A stretch of DNA of 8,925 nucleotides from a virus (Duplodnaviria; Heunggongvirae; Uroviricota; Caudoviricetes), in the IMG/VR virus record IMGVR_UViG_2681813316_000018; one strand, written 5' to 3'. The position numbers and the translations under genes were made by a program. Positions within the stretch are counted from its first letter, which is position 1. Every line of letters starts with the position of its first letter. This document shows positions 7,262 to 8,925 of this stretch, in pieces. The notes beneath the pieces are model-generated. The model saw only the letters and a list, made by a program, of their open reading frames with translations, ran no database searches and was not told the DNA's origin.

Positions 7262-7317
7262 ATAAAGTTGTTGACAACAACCAAAACAACAACTAGATTA
7301 CAACTTAAAGATGTTGC
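7262..7317 (+). promoter_or_regulatory. OL/pL-like operator-promoter driving the leftward (plus-strand) early operon
   Basis: Perfect 7-1-7 inverted repeat GTTGTTGACAACAAC (7267-7281) containing a consensus -35 TTGACA (7271-7276); -10-like TAGATT 17 bp downstream (7294-7299); CAACTTAAAGATGTTG (7301-7316) nearly identical to the OR site CAACTTTTAGATGTTG. Confidence 0.6.
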
Positions 7318-7409
7318 AGTAACGAACAGGCAGGACGCCCACGAAGTAGCCGCCGGTGGCGTATGAATGACCGGATGATTCGTTAAATACTATGTGTAAG
7401 AGAGCACAA

Positions 7410-7613
7410 ATGAACAGTTATTTCACATGCTCGTTTTGTGGCGCAAACGAGCTGCAGGCAAAAAAAATCATCGCCAAAGGCGGAAAAGATGAAGTTGCTA
7501 TCTGCTCTGAGTGCGTAGTCTTGTGTGTCGGGGCATTAATCAATATCAGCACAACTATTCGGTTCACACCAAATGAGAATGCGCCTTTAGATACGCTGAA
7601 ATCTGGAGGTTAA
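7410..7613 (+). CDS. Small protein with ClpX-type C4 zinc finger (zf-C4_ClpX-like), first gene of the pL-like operon
   Basis: CSFCG...(about 20 aa)...ICSECV matches the ClpX N-terminal zinc-binding domain pattern (E. coli ClpX: YCSFCGKSQHEVRKLIAG...YICDECV). Start placed at ATG 7410 (weak SD GAGAG) rather than 7392 (no SD); either is possible. Confidence 0.6.
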   Translation: MNSYFTCSFCGANELQAKKIIAKGGKDEVAICSECVVLCVGALINISTTIRFTPNENAPLDTLKSGG

Positions 7614-7702
7614 AGAACAAAATGAAAGTCCAGATTTTAAACAATAACTGTGAAGTCGTTTGGGCGTAAAACATGACCGCGCGTAGACCAAGGGAGGAAA
7701 AA

Positions 7703-7879
7703 GTGGGAATAGTTAGAACTCAAGCAGATATATTGAAAATCAGCTCTGAATTGCTTGGAGTTTTGAAAAGTGAGCTCACCGCACATGGCATCGAGCCCAC
7801 TGACGAAAATTTAAGTTGGGTTTTGTCGATTATTCAACAATCACTCAAGCCCAGCCTCAGCAAACTTTTTATCGAGTAG
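7703..7879 (+). CDS. Hypothetical small protein (59 aa from GTG 7703; 68 aa if ATG 7673 is used)
   Basis: Strong SD GGGAGG 6 nt upstream of GTG at 7703; no recognised domain. Confidence 0.4.
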   Translation: MGIVRTQADILKISSELLGVLKSELTAHGIEPTDENLSWVLSIIQQSLKPSLSKLFIE

Positions 7880-8139
7880 TGCTTCGAACTATCGTAAAGC
7901 TTGCTTATGTCGTCTATCGGGTTTTCTGACGTACTGTAATTTTTATCTGATGTCATGGCAGCAGTCTGATATGCAGTGCGAGTCTTAACCGATAGTTGGA
8001 ATAAATAAAGAATTTTTCTTCTTTGGTCATAACTATTTCCTTCTTGGCTATATGAAAACACCAAGATACCACCGAGCCTGAAGTGGTGAAAAGACAGGCA
8101 CATAACAGCTAAGTATTTTCAACCAAAAAGAATCCTTAG

Positions 8140-8450
8140 CGTTGTGGTGAATGCGGCTCAGCGCACGCGGGTTAAGGTTGAGGCTGACAGTCGACCTTCT
8201 GTGGATACCCACCCGCCTGGTGTGCAACCTTCGCCAGGCACCGGGAGGCACCCGGCACCACAACTTTATGCTGTGTGTAGTCCTGGCGGTACCAGCTTGT
8301 ACCCTTGCTTCCGGCTGGTACCGTCCTTTTTACAAAACAGAGAAGAGCATCACCGGACGACGGGCTCATAACCCAATCCATCCGGGCGGCTGCCACCGCA
8401 GGTGTTCTTCTCTGTTTTGTGGAGAAACTAATCGGCCTTGCAGGGTCGAT
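8140..8450 (+). other. GC-rich, highly self-complementary non-coding segment (candidate structured RNA or cis-regulatory element)
   Basis: Sharp rise in GC relative to the flanking AT-rich sequence; open frames on both strands translate to Arg/Pro/Cys-rich, non-protein-like sequence; several perfect stems (8215-8239, 8241-8255, 8285-8325). Confidence 0.3.
8285..8331 (+). terminator. Intrinsic (Rho-independent) terminator in the leftward operon
   Basis: Perfect 10-bp stem cggtaccagc (8287-8296) with gctggtaccg (8314-8323), extendable by G.U and G-C pairs, loop about 15 nt, followed after 1 nt by TTTTT (8327-8331). Confidence 0.5.
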
Positions 8451-8470
8451 ATGATGAGGAGCAGCAAAAT

Positions 8471-8831
8471 GGCTAGCGAACGCAGTACTGATGTGCAGGC
8501 ATTTATCGGGGAGCTGGACGGCGGCGTATTTGAAACCAAAATCGGCGCAGTTCTCAGTGAAGTCGCTTCCGGTGTGATGAACACGAAAACCAAAGGTAAG
8601 GTCTCGCTCAACCTGGAAATCGAACCGTTTGATGAGAACCGTGTGAAAATAAAACACAAACTCTCATATGTTCGCCCGACTAACCGCGGGAAAATTTCCG
8701 AAGAAGACACCACCGAAACGCCGATGTATGTCAATCGCGGTGGTCGTCTGACTATTCTGCAGGAAGACCAGGGACAATTACTGACTCTTGCCGGTGAACC
8801 TGACGGAAAACTCCGCGCAGCAGGTCATTAA
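8471..8831 (+). CDS. Hypothetical protein (120 aa) of the leftward early operon
   Basis: SD GAGGAG 7 nt upstream of ATG 8471; protein-like composition from MASERSTDVQAFIGELDGG onward; the ORF-track extension back to 8151 is Arg/Cys-rich junk within the GC-rich structured region. Confidence 0.55.
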
Positions 8832-8896
8832 TATCGTTCTTAATTAACTGATTATTTATCTCATCACTGAATATCTTTATATAGTGAGGACTTATT

Positions 8897-8925
8897 ATGT
8901 CTCAGAACTTAGACGCAACCGCAAT
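8897..8925 (+). CDS. 5' end of a further gene (MSQNLDATA...), truncated by the window edge
   Basis: ATG at 8897 preceded by SD GTGAGGA with 6-nt spacer; only 9 codons visible. Confidence 0.3.

Larger units (their letters stand above)
1..8925. mobile_element. Internal segment of a lambdoid prophage (immunity region, replication module, nin-like region, Q antiterminator); no integrase or att site in window
   Basis: Gene order and content: divergent CI-like and Cro-like genes around repeated operators, iteron-containing replication gene, RusA, Dam-family MTase, KilA-N, Q-like antiterminator; many ATGA/TAATG coupled overlaps typical of phage operons. Family assignment is from memory of lambdoid prophage architecture, not a search. 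Confidence 0.85.

Noticed and set aside
7104-7292. ORF-track 62-aa version of the minus-strand small ORF
   Set aside because: Its start lies inside the OL operator/pL -35 region with no SD; only the shorter 34-aa version with the AGGAGG SD is kept as a candidate.
7834-8103. Minus-strand 89-aa ORF
   Set aside because: Low-complexity translation, no SD at any in-frame ATG, overlaps the 3' end of the 59-aa gene; probably chance ORF in AT-rich DNA.
8140-8330. Possible tRNA, tmRNA, REP/BIME element or CRISPR array in the GC-rich region
   Set aside because: No GTTCGAnTCC T-loop or cloverleaf, no match to remembered REP/ERIC consensus, and no direct repeats with regular spacers; left as an unclassified structured element.
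8048-8734. ORFs 8048-8263 (-), 8144-8371 (+), 8172-8657 (-), 8366-8734 (-) and the 5' extension (8151-8470) of ORF 8151-8831
   Set aside because: Translations are Arg/Pro/Cys/His-rich and non-protein-like; open frames on every strand are the expected artefact of a GC-rich structured non-coding segment; the real gene starts at the SD-supported ATG 8471.

Overview
This window reads as the early-regulatory core of a lambdoid (Rac/Qin/CP-933-like) enterobacterial prophage; all calls are from reading the sequence and ORF track by eye, no searches were run, and hand-counted coordinates may be off by 1-2 nt. The minus strand carries a lambda-like rightward early operon: a Cro/YdaS-like HTH protein (6004-6252), a putative YdaT/CII-like regulator, two conflicting small ORFs, an O-like replication initiator with six 23-bp-spaced iterons inside its coding sequence, a tightly coupled 30-aa ORF, a phage Dam-family N6-adenine methyltransferase, RusA, a KilA-N protein, a DUF968/YdfU-like protein with an HNH-like Cys/His motif, and a Q-type late antiterminator (361-1113). 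The plus strand carries a CI-like repressor (HTH plus S24 autopeptidase, 6390-7076) divergent from cro, with a shared operator motif on both flanks (OR at 6253-6389, OL/pL near 7262-7317). The leftward operon encodes a free-standing ClpX-type C4 zinc-finger protein, a 59-aa protein, about 330 bp of GC-rich, strongly self-complementary non-coding sequence ending in a strong intrinsic terminator (8285-8331), and a 120-aa hypothetical protein. The best candidates for undescribed biology are the ClpX zinc-finger mimic, the structured GC-rich element, and the dense small-ORF/hairpin spacer between cI and OL; none can be assigned a function from sequence alone.
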